From an uncultured delta proteobacterium (lineage in GTDB: Bacteria; Myxococcota_A; Polyangia; Polyangiales; Polyangiaceae): DNA of 64,000 nt. The notes below the pieces were generated by a model. The model was not told the DNA's origin and searched no databases. It worked only from the letters and a program-made list of their open reading frames with translations. This document shows, in pieces, positions 1-7,923 of the stretch (position 1 is the stretch's first letter; each line of letters begins with the position of its first letter). The position numbers were made by a program, and so were the translations under genes. Location of the stretch: NCBI GenBank assembly GCA_963841435.1, contig CAWJCS010000006.1:1088001-1152000 (forward strand). Direction: 5' to 3'.

Positions 1-13
1 CGCGAAGCGATCG

Positions 14-1567
14 TCACCCCCGCCGCTTGAGCACGGAGCGGACGAGCAGAACGTCGCTCGCCTGAAGCTCGCGGGTCACGGCGAGCATTGCGACGTACGT
101 GAGGCCCACGCCGAGCGCCGCTGCGATCACGAGCGGGCCGCGCAGCGAGGGCAGGAGTCGCCCCAGCGCTGCGGCCACGGCGACGGCCGCTGCGACGCGG
201 ACGAGCGTGAGCGGGCGTACGAGCGCGCGTGCCGTCCGGAACACGAGCACGCTCGCCGTGAGCATCGCGACGACGATGCCGGCGGAGGTCGACAGCGCGG
301 TTCGGACCAGGAGATCGTCGGAGAGCGGGGCTCCGCGCACGCTGGCGAAGCACGCGCCAACCACGAGCGCGAACGCGAAGGCGGTGACGCGAGCGCTCTC
401 GCGTTCGCGGCCGAGCCCGTTCAAGATTGCCGAAAGCAGGCCGAACATCGCGAACGCGCCGAAGCCGAGCGATAGGATCTCGAGTGTCGGCGCACCGTGG
501 TCGGCGGCCTGAGCGCCGAACACGAGGCGCAAGAGCGGTGCCGCGAGCCCCGACGTCACGCTCACCATGCCGCCGGTAATGATGAGCGAGAGCCGGAGCC
601 CGTTCTCGACGTAACGTGCCACCCCGGCGTGGTCGGCATCGCGCCGGGCGCTCGCCAGCATGGGAAAGAGCACGAAGGTGACGGCCACGAGCAGTTGGTA
701 CGGCAAAAAAGAGAACAGCTGCGTCGCTCGATAGGTGCCCACGAGCAGATCCGCAGCGGACTCCGGCAAGCCCTCACGGCGTGCCGCCTCGGCACCGAAG
801 CGCCGGAGCAGCGTGAGGTCCGCCTGAAGCAGCAGATTGAGGAGCGTCTGCCCGACGAACAACCGCCCGACGAACACGAGGTGATGCCGTACGGGGTCGG
901 TGCCCGAGCCGCGGCGACCGATGCCGACCACGAAGAGCGCGCCGACGAGCACGAGCGTCGCGCTCGCGACGAAGCCCCAGGCCGCTCCCTCGACGCCTGC
1001 TACCCTGTTGCCCGGGTGAACGAAAAGGTACGCCCCGCCGACGAGGCCCACCGTGCGCAGCGTCGCGGCGAGCACGTCGAAGCCCGCTTGCGCCACGAAA
1101 CGCCGCGCGCCGTTCAATCCGCCGACGAGCGGCGCGTAGCACCCGTAACAAAGCAGCACGAGTGAGAGGATCCTGAGCGCCGGCACGAGGTGCGGCACGC
1201 CGACCAGGGTGCCGATCGCCGGCGCCGCTGCGAAGAATGCGCCCGCGAGGCAGAGCGCGATCACGGCGTGCAGCGACAGCACGCGGCGCAGCACGATCTG
1301 TTCGCGTCCCCGGGGTGCACCCGCCACGGCGCGGCTCACCCCCTGGATCGACGTGCCGACGATGGGGTTGTACGCGATGCTCGCGATCGACTGCACGCTC
1401 GAGAGCGCGCCGTAGCCGTCGAGCCCGAGCACGCGCGGCAAGGCGAACTGCTGCACGAGCCCGGCGAGGATGAAGTAGGCCTTGGCCGCTGCGACCGCGA
1501 GCCCGCCCCGGCCTGCTTGTCGCGACACGTCGGTCGGCTCGCCGCCTTCGGTGCGCGCTCCAGTCAC
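14..1567 (-). CDS. MOP-superfamily flippase (MurJ/Wzx-like polysaccharide or lipid II flippase)
   Basis: 517 aa, 12-14 hydrophobic segments; 'LPRVLGLDGYGALS' and 'FVLFPMLASA' segments typical of the family. Confidence 0.75.
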   Translation of the reverse strand: MTGARTEGGEPTDVSRQAGRGGLAVAAAKAYFILAGLVQQFALPRVLGLDGYGALSSVQSIASIAYNPIVGTSIQGVSRAVAGAPRGREQIVLRRVLSLHAVIALCLAGAFFAAAPAIGTLVGVPHLVPALRILSLVLLCYGCYAPLVGGLNGARRFVAQAGFDVLAATLRTVGLVGGAYLFVHPGNRVAGVEGAAWGFVASATLVLVGALFVVGIGRRGSGTDPVRHHLVFVGRLFVGQTLLNLLLQADLTLLRRFGAEAARREGLPESAADLLVGTYRATQLFSFLPYQLLVAVTFVLFPMLASARRDADHAGVARYVENGLRLSLIITGGMVSVTSGLAAPLLRLVFGAQAADHGAPTLEILSLGFGAFAMFGLLSAILNGLGRERESARVTAFAFALVVGACFASVRGAPLSDDLLVRTALSTSAGIVVAMLTASVLVFRTARALVRPLTLVRVAAAVAVAAALGRLLPSLRGPLVIAAALGVGLTYVAMLAVTRELQASDVLLVRSVLKRRG

Positions 1568-1718
1568 GGCCGGCCACGCTCTATCGAACCAGGATCGTCC
1601 GTCAATCCGGAAACGAGCGCGCGCGCCGCCGTGAAAATGCCTGGACCGGGCGGAGCGGGCGCCCTAGCGTGGCGTGGCCAGGAACGAGGAGGCGGCTTTG
1701 ATTGAGTCCAGGTTAGAA

Positions 1719-2903
1719 GTGTCAGGCGGTGGCTACGGACCCCCAGGGGGTGGTGGCTGGGGTCCTCCTCCGGGACCACCCCCTGGTGGGCACCCGCCCG
1801 GCGGCGGACAACCTCCTGGCGGCGGGCAGCCTCCGGGGGGGGGTTACCCGCCCGGCGGTGGGCAGCCTCCGGGTGGCGGACAGCCTCCGGGCGGCGGCTA
1901 TCCTCCGGGCGGAGGCTATCCCCCGGGTGGCGGACAGCCTCCGGGTGGCGGACAGCCTCCGGGTGGCGGACAACCTCCTGGCGGCGGTTACCCACCCGGC
2001 GGCGGTTACCCACCCGGCGGCGGTTACCCACCCGGCGGCGGTTACCCGCCCGGCGGTGGTTACCCGCCCGGCGGCGGTTACCCACCCGGCGGTGGCTATC
2101 CACCCGGCGGTGGCTACCCACCCGGCGGCGGCTACCCACCGGGCTACGGCGGCGGCTTTCAGCCCCCTGCTGGCGGACCCATGATCCCAGGCACCGTTGG
2201 CGCACCCCCGCCCGGCGCCGGCTGGTCACCGGTCGAGCCGTGGGCGTTTGCTTGGCGCGTCGTGAGCAAGCGCTTCACGACCGTGGCGCTGCCTATCGCA
2301 GTGGCGGTTTTCGCCCAGGGGTTGCTCAGCCAGATCGTCGGCACGGGAGGCGGCATCGTTATCGGCGTGCTGGGTCAGCAAGGAGTGATCGAGCAGTCGG
2401 TGCAGTCGATCCTCAGCATCGTCGCGAGCAGCGTCGGCGGTATCGTGAGCTTGCTCGTGAGCGCATTCATGATGGGCGGTCTCGCCACGACGGCGCTGAA
2501 GGCCGCTCGCGGCCAGCCGACCTCGTTTGGCGATCCGTTCTCGGGCGGCAGGTATTTCGGCCAAATGTTCGTTGCCGAGCTCGCCGTGTTCGTCTGCGTG
2601 TTTCTGGGCGCGCTGCTCTGCCTCGTGCCCGGCATCATCGTCGGCCTCGGTACGTGCCTTTACGCTCTCGCGCTCGTGGATCGGAATCTCGCGGGCATCG
2701 AGGCTGCCAAGCAGAGCTGGGAGATGACCAAGGGCCATCGCATGAACATCTTCGTGTTCGCCCTGATCGGCTTGGGCGTTTTCTTCGCCGGCGTCCTCGC
2801 GTGCGGCATCGGTGCGCTGCTCGTCAGCATGCCGATGGGTTACGTGGGGTTGGCGGCGGTGTACCTGCGCATCAAGGGCGAGCCGGTCACCGAGCCGACC
2901 TAG
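1719..2903 (+). CDS. Membrane protein with N-terminal (Q/Y)PPGGG repeat and multi-TM C-terminal domain
   Basis: ORF 1674-2903; GTG at 1719 preferred; about 5 TM segments after the repeat. Confidence 0.7.
   Translation: MSGGGYGPPGGGGWGPPPGPPPGGHPPGGGQPPGGGQPPGGGYPPGGGQPPGGGQPPGGGYPPGGGYPPGGGQPPGGGQPPGGGQPPGGGYPPGGGYPPGGGYPPGGGYPPGGGYPPGGGYPPGGGYPPGGGYPPGGGYPPGYGGGFQPPAGGPMIPGTVGAPPPGAGWSPVEPWAFAWRVVSKRFTTVALPIAVAVFAQGLLSQIVGTGGGIVIGVLGQQGVIEQSVQSILSIVASSVGGIVSLLVSAFMMGGLATTALKAARGQPTSFGDPFSGGRYFGQMFVAELAVFVCVFLGALLCLVPGIIVGLGTCLYALALVDRNLAGIEAAKQSWEMTKGHRMNIFVFALIGLGVFFAGVLACGIGALLVSMPMGYVGLAAVYLRIKGEPVTEPT
1791..2144 (+). repeat. Coding tandem repeat, ~19-20 x 18 nt encoding (H/Q/Y)PPGGG
   Basis: Visible in DNA and translation. 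Confidence 0.9.
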
Positions 2904-2979
2904 ACCTACAGCAGCCGCGCGTGTGGGTTTGCTCGCGCCGGTGGTTCCTTAAGTCAGCGGGGCTACCGCCCGTTCATGG

Positions 2980-4257
2980 ATGGAAAGGTCGGTCCTCGGT
3001 TCGACCACGCCCCCCCCCATGGCTGCCGCGAGCTTCCCCCCGTTCCTCCAGACGAGCCCTCCCACCTTCCCGGGGATGCCGGGCGTCCGGGAGCCGTCGC
3101 TCGCCATTCGGGGCCGCGTCCTCATCGCCGACGACGACGACAACCTCTTGCGAGCCCTCACCCGCACGCTCGAGCGCGCGGGCCACGAGGTGACGCGCAT
3201 CGCCGACGGTCGCGCCGCCTGCGAGCAGATTGCCGGCATGGCCGCCGACGAGGTCGACGTCATCGTGACGGACATCTCCATGCCCGGCGCCGACGGCCTC
3301 GAGGTGATGCGGGCGGCGCACCATCTCGACCCGGATCTTCCCGTGCTCCTCATGACGGGCTTGCCCACCGTGGAGACTGCCGTTCAAGCCCTGGAACGCG
3401 GCGCCTATCGCTACCTTCTCAAGCCCGTGGATCCCGACGTGCTCGTGCAGGCCGTCGCGCAGGCGATCGAATTCAGGCAGGGCGTGCGTACCGCGTTCGC
3501 CGACACCCGGCCCGGCATGTCGCCGCCGAGCTCCCGCGTGCGCGCCGAGCTCTCGGGCCGCTTCGATACGGCTCTCGAGAAGCTCTGGATGGCATTCCAG
3601 CCAATCGTCTGCTGGAGCAGCAGGACCACTCACGCGTTCGAAGCGCTCGCGCGCACCGAGGAGCCGTCGCTCGGGCGTCCCGATCACCTGTTCAACGCCG
3701 CCGAGCAGCTACACCGCGTTCAGGAGCTCGGGCGCGTGATCCGGAGCAAGGTCGCGTCGTCGATCTCGAGCGCGCCGACGGACGCAGCGATCTTCGTGAA
3801 CCTCCACGCGAGCGACCTCGCCGACAACGAGCTCTACTCGAGCTCCTCGCCGCTCGCGCCCCATGCTCACCGCATCGTGTTCGAGATCACCGAGCGGGCC
3901 TCGCTCGACAAGGTCAAGGACATCAAGGACCGTGTGACGCAGCTCCGCTCCCTCGGCTATCGCATCGCCGTGGACGATCTCGGAGCCGGCTACGCAGCGC
4001 TCTCGAGCCTCGCGAGCCTGCAGCCCGAGGTGGTGAAGCTCGACATGTCGCTCGTGCGCGGGGTCGACAAGGAGCCCATCAAGCAACGCCTCGTCGCGTC
4101 GCTGCAAACGCTCGGCGGGCCGCTCGGCATCACGGTGATCGCCGAAGGCGTCGAGACCGAAGCCGAGCGCGATACCTTGATCTCGGTGGGCTGCGACCTC
4201 TTTCAGGGCTTTCTCTTCGCCCGGCCCGGCCCGGGGTTCCCGAGCGTCACGTTCTGA
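2980..4257 (+). CDS. Response regulator with EAL c-di-GMP phosphodiesterase domain (REC-EAL)
   Basis: REC motifs ADDDD, TDISMP, LKP; EAL motifs FEALAR, FEITE, AVDDLGAGY, VKLD, AEGVE, FQGF. Confidence 0.92.
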   Translation: MERSVLGSTTPPPMAAASFPPFLQTSPPTFPGMPGVREPSLAIRGRVLIADDDDNLLRALTRTLERAGHEVTRIADGRAACEQIAGMAADEVDVIVTDISMPGADGLEVMRAAHHLDPDLPVLLMTGLPTVETAVQALERGAYRYLLKPVDPDVLVQAVAQAIEFRQGVRTAFADTRPGMSPPSSRVRAELSGRFDTALEKLWMAFQPIVCWSSRTTHAFEALARTEEPSLGRPDHLFNAAEQLHRVQELGRVIRSKVASSISSAPTDAAIFVNLHASDLADNELYSSSSPLAPHAHRIVFEITERASLDKVKDIKDRVTQLRSLGYRIAVDDLGAGYAALSSLASLQPEVVKLDMSLVRGVDKEPIKQRLVASLQTLGGPLGITVIAEGVETEAERDTLISVGCDLFQGFLFARPGPGFPSVTF

Positions 4258-4383
4258 GGCCGAGCGGTGGCCTCCGTTGCCTCGCGGCGGCGCGCTCTCG
4301 TGCCGCCGCCGTGCGGGCCGGGGAGCCGGAGGCCGATCGGCTCTTGACCTTGAGCCCCTCAAAGGTAGGCTTCGCGCCCGTTT

Positions 4384-4456
4384 TCCAGAGTAGCTCAGTC
4401 GGTAGAGCAGGCGGCTGTTAACCGCCGGGTCCCTGGTTCGAGTCCAGGCTCTGGAG
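4384..4456 (+). tRNA. tRNA-Asn(GTT)
   Basis: Cloverleaf: TCCAGAG/CTCTGGA acceptor, GCTC/GAGC D stem, GGCGG-CTGTTAA-CCGCC anticodon arm, CCTGG-TTCGAGT-CCAGG T arm. Confidence 0.97.
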
Positions 4457-4458
4457 CC
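4410..4458 (+). repeat. attL core, 49-bp direct repeat (3' part of tRNA-Asn)
   Basis: Identical to 15126-15174. Confidence 0.95.
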
Positions 4459-4477
4459 CAGAAAAACAAGCCGATTC

Positions 4478-4495
4478 GCAGCCGAAAGAGGCTGC
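4478..4495 (+). terminator. Hairpin downstream of the tRNA (possible terminator)
   Basis: GCAGCC-GAAAGA-GGCTGC; no clear U-tract. Confidence 0.35.
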
Positions 4496-4550
4496 AACGT
4501 CGATCGGCGAAGGTGGTGATAAATCCCGGCAAGTGGTGGACGACGGGTGT

Positions 4551-4576
4551 GACGTTGCCCCCGCACTGCCCCCGGG
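4551..4576 (+). repeat. Candidate integrase arm-type sites (tandem TGCCCCCG)
   Basis: 25/26 identical to 15045-15070. Confidence 0.65.
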
Positions 4577-4616
4577 GCGCTGGCGTCCGAGCCCGCGGGC
4601 GCGGTACGTTTCTCCG

Positions 4617-4817
4617 GTGGAGCAAGGCACGGCCCGGCGTCTCGCCAAGATCGCGGGGGAGACACTCCGCGAGGGCGGTATCCTGGTGCTTGTGTTCGGG
4701 CTCCTCGACAATCGAATGAGCGACCACCCGCACCCACACCCCTGGGATTTCTGGATCGTAGGTATCGGGTTGTCGTGCATCGTGCTGGGCGGCATACTCG
4801 AAGCGAGGAGCCATTGA
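4617..4817 (+). CDS. Small 2-TM membrane protein (66 aa)
   Basis: GTG 6 nt after a TACGTT -10-like hexamer; two hydrophobic segments; TGATG coupling to next ORF. Confidence 0.55.
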   Translation: MEQGTARRLAKIAGETLREGGILVLVFGLLDNRMSDHPHPHPWDFWIVGIGLSCIVLGGILEARSH

Positions 4818-4969
4818 TGCTAGGCGAGTACCAACCCTTGGTGTTGCTGACCGGCGTATTCACGCTGCTCACCTTCGTTGGCTTCCTGCTCGACTATCGC
4901 GCGCACCATCCGCGTCGTTCGCGCCGCGACTCGGGCGAGCTTTCGCACGGACGCCAGGCCCGTACGTAG
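4817..4969 (+). CDS. Single-TM microprotein (50 aa)
   Basis: GAGGAG RBS, TGATG overlap, hydrophobic segment then basic tail. Confidence 0.55.
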   Translation: MLGEYQPLVLLTGVFTLLTFVGFLLDYRAHHPRRSRRDSGELSHGRQART

Positions 4970-5036
4970 CCACCAAACGCACGAACGCCCCCGAGCCGCG
5001 AGGGGCCCGAGGGCGTCCGAGTGCGCGACGCGAGCC

Positions 5037-5201
5037 CTAGCCGACGAGGCGCATCACGTCGGCCGCTTCCTTCGACGCCAGCGGCTCCGGCACGCGGTAG
5101 ACGATCACGAGCACGTTGCGGGCGTCGTCTCGGGTGACCGCTTCGCCCTCGCGGTCGCGGCGCTCGCGAAGCACGGCCGCGACTTGTTCGATGCGGCTCA
5201 C
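5037..5201 (-). CDS. Hypothetical protein (54 aa)
   Basis: GTG start overlaps the upstream stop (GTGA coupling). Confidence 0.45.
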   Translation of the reverse strand: MSRIEQVAAVLRERRDREGEAVTRDDARNVLVIVYRVPEPLASKEAADVMRLVG

Positions 5202-5683
5202 GACGCACCGCCGACTGCGCGCATGAACGCGGCCACGTAGATCGCCCGCGCCTCGTCGAGCCCCAAGGGCGCGACCGCCTCGGGCCCGCCCTCGTCGGCC
5301 GTCCACGCCGCGAACGCCTCGCCCGCGTACGTGGCCGCGTCCGCGATCTCGCCCTCGTTCACGTAGTTCCGCGCGTCCGTTGCGGCCTCGGCTTCGATTG
5401 CCTCGCGTGCGGCGGCGTGCTCCGCGCGCGCCGCCGCGACCGCAATCGCCTTCGCGACCGCGAACGCCTCGAGCCGCCCGGCGTGCGCGGCCAAGGACAT
5501 GATCGCGAGTGACGCCCGTTGCGCTTGGGCGTGAATCGTCGCGGCGACGTGCTTTAGGAGCTCGGGCGTGGACGGCTCGGCGCTCGCCGCGTCCGTGAGC
5601 TGGGTGGCGATTTGTGCGAGGCATGCGCTCGCCCCGCACGCGCTCGCGAGGGTATCTTGAATCGGATATGGTTCGTGCGTCAT
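5198..5683 (-). CDS. Hypothetical alpha-helical protein
   Basis: ATG with GAAGGA RBS, downstream of structured leader copy 1. Confidence 0.6.
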   Translation of the reverse strand: MTHEPYPIQDTLASACGASACLAQIATQLTDAASAEPSTPELLKHVAATIHAQAQRASLAIMSLAAHAGRLEAFAVAKAIAVAAARAEHAAAREAIEAEAATDARNYVNEGEIADAATYAGEAFAAWTADEGGPEAVAPLGLDEARAIYVAAFMRAVGGAS

Positions 5684-5694
5684 GGCTGGTCCTT

Positions 5695-5788
5695 CCAGTC
5701 GTGGCCAGCCCGGCGGACGGTGACACGTCGCGCCGGGCACCTATTGCTAGGGGGGTGGGATTACCCCGCGTGGTGGTACGGCCGCGGG
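5695..5788 (-). repeat. Structured leader repeat, copy 1
   Basis: Shares CCAGTCGTGGCCAG, TTGCTAGGGG and CCCCGCGTGGTG(G/C)TACGGCCGCGGG blocks with 6774-6865. Confidence 0.75.
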
Positions 5789-5816
5789 CTGCCCCGATCT
5801 TCCCCCGTCCCGCTTT

Positions 5817-6488
5817 TCAGCGCCGTCGCGGGCGCTGCGACGGTGCCGGCGGGTCCGGGCGGTAGCAGTCGCCGAACCACGCGGCCGATAGCGAAATCAG
5901 GCTATTGCAGGCAGCCCCGAGCTGGGCGGCTGGGCCAGCCGTTGCAGCGAAAACCCTCTTTCCCATTTCTCGGGCGACCTTGACCGCGTGCGTGTAGTCG
6001 CCGTCCGCGGAAAGCACGTACGCGGTGTCGTACTCATCCCGCTGGGCCATCGCGACCATGTTGACCGCGAGCATCACGTCCACCGCTTTCTCAACCATCA
6101 CTCGGACGGAATCGTGCCGCCGAGCGATTTCGTACAATTCGCCACGGATCTTCGGATCGATCCTCTCGCGAAGACCGCCCAAGTACTGAAGTAGCTCTTT
6201 CGCTGCGCCGTCCTTGGCGGGGCGCCCCTCGAGCCGGCCAAAGTGCGCCGAGAACCGCGAGTCTTCTGCTTCGATTTGCGTGATGAAACGGCGTTGGTCG
6301 GCGTAGAGCTGCGCGCTGTAGTCTTGCGGCACGCGGCCGATGTAGTAGCGAAGCCCGACCAGCGTGCGCGGCCCCAAGAGCTTCCGCGCAATGCTCGCGT
6401 AGCTGAGTCGGCCTAGGTCAACGCCGCAGGCCCGGAGGGAGTGATACCAGTTGTTTCCGTCAATGAAGACGACCGCCCGGTCTGGCAT
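5817..6488 (-). CDS. NYN domain (LabA/DUF88, PIN-like) ribonuclease
   Basis: Motifs VFIDGNN, EKAVDV, LSADGDY, REMGKRV with all four acidic residues. Confidence 0.9.
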   Translation of the reverse strand: MPDRAVVFIDGNNWYHSLRACGVDLGRLSYASIARKLLGPRTLVGLRYYIGRVPQDYSAQLYADQRRFITQIEAEDSRFSAHFGRLEGRPAKDGAAKELLQYLGGLRERIDPKIRGELYEIARRHDSVRVMVEKAVDVMLAVNMVAMAQRDEYDTAYVLSADGDYTHAVKVAREMGKRVFAATAGPAAQLGAACNSLISLSAAWFGDCYRPDPPAPSQRPRRR

Positions 6489-6502
6489 GACACCCTAAGA
6501 AG

Positions 6503-6539
6503 AAAAAACCCCAGCGTGCGGGAGCACCGGACGCTGGGG
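6503..6539 (-). terminator. Intrinsic terminator immediately upstream of the NYN gene
   Basis: Minus strand CCCCAGCGT-13 nt-ACGCTGGGG-TTTTTT. Confidence 0.8.
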
Positions 6540-6577
6540 GGGTCAACATCCCGCGCCCCGTAGGGTCGGGATGACAG
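6503..6577 (-). ncRNA. Candidate ~75-nt structured RNA or leader upstream of NYN
   Basis: CATCCCG/CGGGATG stem with inner CCC-TACG-GGG, then terminator; promoter directly upstream. Confidence 0.5.
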
Positions 6578-6582
6578 AGGTC

Positions 6583-6610
6583 AAGTTAGTTCGCGCGGGG
6601 CCCCGCGCAA
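6583..6610 (-). promoter_or_regulatory. sigma70-like promoter with overlapping 16-bp palindrome
   Basis: TTGCGC-N16-TAACTT; GCGCGGGGCCCCGCGC at 6593-6608. Confidence 0.55.
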
Positions 6611-6644
6611 CACAAAAAACGCCGACGCCAGCAGAATCAACACC

Positions 6645-6758
6645 CTACGCCACCGCAGCCAAGGCCGCGTCCACGCTCGCGAAGCGCCGCACCCCGCCGA
6701 GCTCGTGCAGCGTGACGCCCGCGCCCGATACCTGGACCACGGCGCCCGGGTTCGCCAT
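6645..6758 (-). CDS. 37-aa ORF paralogous to the C-terminus of 7095-7496
   Basis: MANPGAVVQVSGAGVTLHELGGVRRFASVDAALAAVA, translated by hand; absent from the ORF track. Confidence 0.45.
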   Translation of the reverse strand: MANPGAVVQVSGAGVTLHELGGVRRFASVDAALAAVA

Positions 6759-6773
6759 GCGCCAGGCCCGGAG

Positions 6774-6865
6774 CCAGTCGTGGCCAGGCGCCCGGCTGCT
6801 TGTAACAGCGCGGGCGCCACCTTGCTAGGGGCGGGATTGCCCCCGCGTGGTGCTACGGCCGCGGG
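6774..6865 (-). repeat. Structured leader repeat, copy 2
   Basis: See copy 1. Confidence 0.75.
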
Positions 6866-6879
6866 TGCGGCGGCCTTCC

Positions 6880-7098
6880 TTAGGCGTATGTCGAGCGCGA
6901 AATGTCGACTGCGACGTGCCACGCCCACGGCGTGACCCGAAAAAGCCTAGCGGGATGGCCGCCGAGACTGGCCGCTTCCGCGTTCCGCCCGCGAGCGCGT
7001 AAATCGGCCACCCAAGCGCCGCGCTGGGCGTCCGTGATCGGCTTGCCGTCGAGCGCGGCAAAGCCCTCGGAGTTTACGTAGGCGACGATCGCGATCAT
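6880..7098 (-). CDS. Hypothetical protein (72 aa)
   Basis: ATGA coupling with upstream ORF. Confidence 0.5.
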   Translation of the reverse strand: MIAIVAYVNSEGFAALDGKPITDAQRGAWVADLRARGRNAEAASLGGHPARLFRVTPWAWHVAVDISRSTYA

Positions 7099-7496
7099 GA
7101 TCGAACCGCGGCCACGGCCGATGCTAGGTCGCGGAACTTCTGAACGCGGCCGATTTCGTGGAGCGCGATGCCGCGCCGCGACACGTGCACGACGGCTCCA
7201 GGCGTTCGTTCGCGCCACGAACGGAGGGCATCGAGCGCGTCCACGGACACGGGCATCGCGCCGCGCCGCGCGTTGGCTCGCGATCGCTCGCGCCCGCGCG
7301 AAGCCGTTGGCCGTTCGCCGCGCTGGGCGGCCAAGCGCGCGGGCTTTTGCAGCCGTGCGGCCCAAACTGGTTGGGGTACGCCGAGCTTCTTTGCAAGTAC
7401 GCGAGCCCGGCATCGGAGCGAAGCGCGTTCGCCATGACACGCGCCTGGACTCAGTGCATCGTGGCGCGCCCGTAATTGACTGAGTGTGAGGGCCAT
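7095..7496 (-). CDS. Hypothetical protein
   Basis: Starts 1 nt after upstream stop; C-terminal ~45 aa duplicated at 6645-6780. Confidence 0.5.
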   Translation of the reverse strand: MALTLSQLRARHDALSPGACHGERASLRCRARVLAKKLGVPQPVWAARLQKPARLAAQRGERPTASRGRERSRANARRGAMPVSVDALDALRSWRERTPGAVVHVSRRGIALHEIGRVQKFRDLASAVAAVRS

Positions 7497-7497
7497 T

Positions 7498-7653
7498 TTA
7501 GCGTGCCCCTCGCGATCGATGCAGTCGTTGACGAGCGCGCTCCTCGCGGGCGCGGTCTTTACGCGCTTTTCGTTCGTTGAGCCTCTCGCGCACTTGTTCG
7601 ACGGGTATCTCGCGAACTTGCTCGTAGGGGGTCCTCGGGTCGTCTAGTTGCAT
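7498..7653 (-). CDS. Small basic hypothetical protein
   Basis: Co-oriented ORF behind a hairpin leader. Confidence 0.45.
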   Translation of the reverse strand: MQLDDPRTPYEQVREIPVEQVRERLNERKARKDRAREERARQRLHRSRGAR

Positions 7654-7716
7654 CGTGTCACCCATGGGAGTTAGACGAGGCGGCTGGCCCATGAACGAAG
7701 CCGACCGCCCCGAAGG

Positions 7717-7923
7717 TCATCGCCGCTCGCGGGCGCGAACGCGGGCAAGCTCGGCACGTAGAACGGCCAGCTCCAAAAGGTCGGCCCGGGCGCGCTCAAT
7801 CGCATCCTCGAACGCGTCGAACGGCTCGGCCGCGAGCGTCGCGGCCAAGGTCCCGGCCGTGACCAGCCGCGCCGTGTTTGCGCCGTCGAGATTGGCGCGG
7901 GCCATGGCGCGCGCCGCGGTCAT
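7717..7923 (-). CDS. Hypothetical protein (68 aa)
   Basis: ATGA coupling with upstream ORF. Confidence 0.5.
   Translation of the reverse strand: MTAARAMARANLDGANTARLVTAGTLAATLAAEPFDAFEDAIERARADLLELAVLRAELARVRARERR

Noticed and set aside
1791-2144. Possible CRISPR-like array
   Set aside because: In-frame coding repeat without unique spacers; no cas genes in the window
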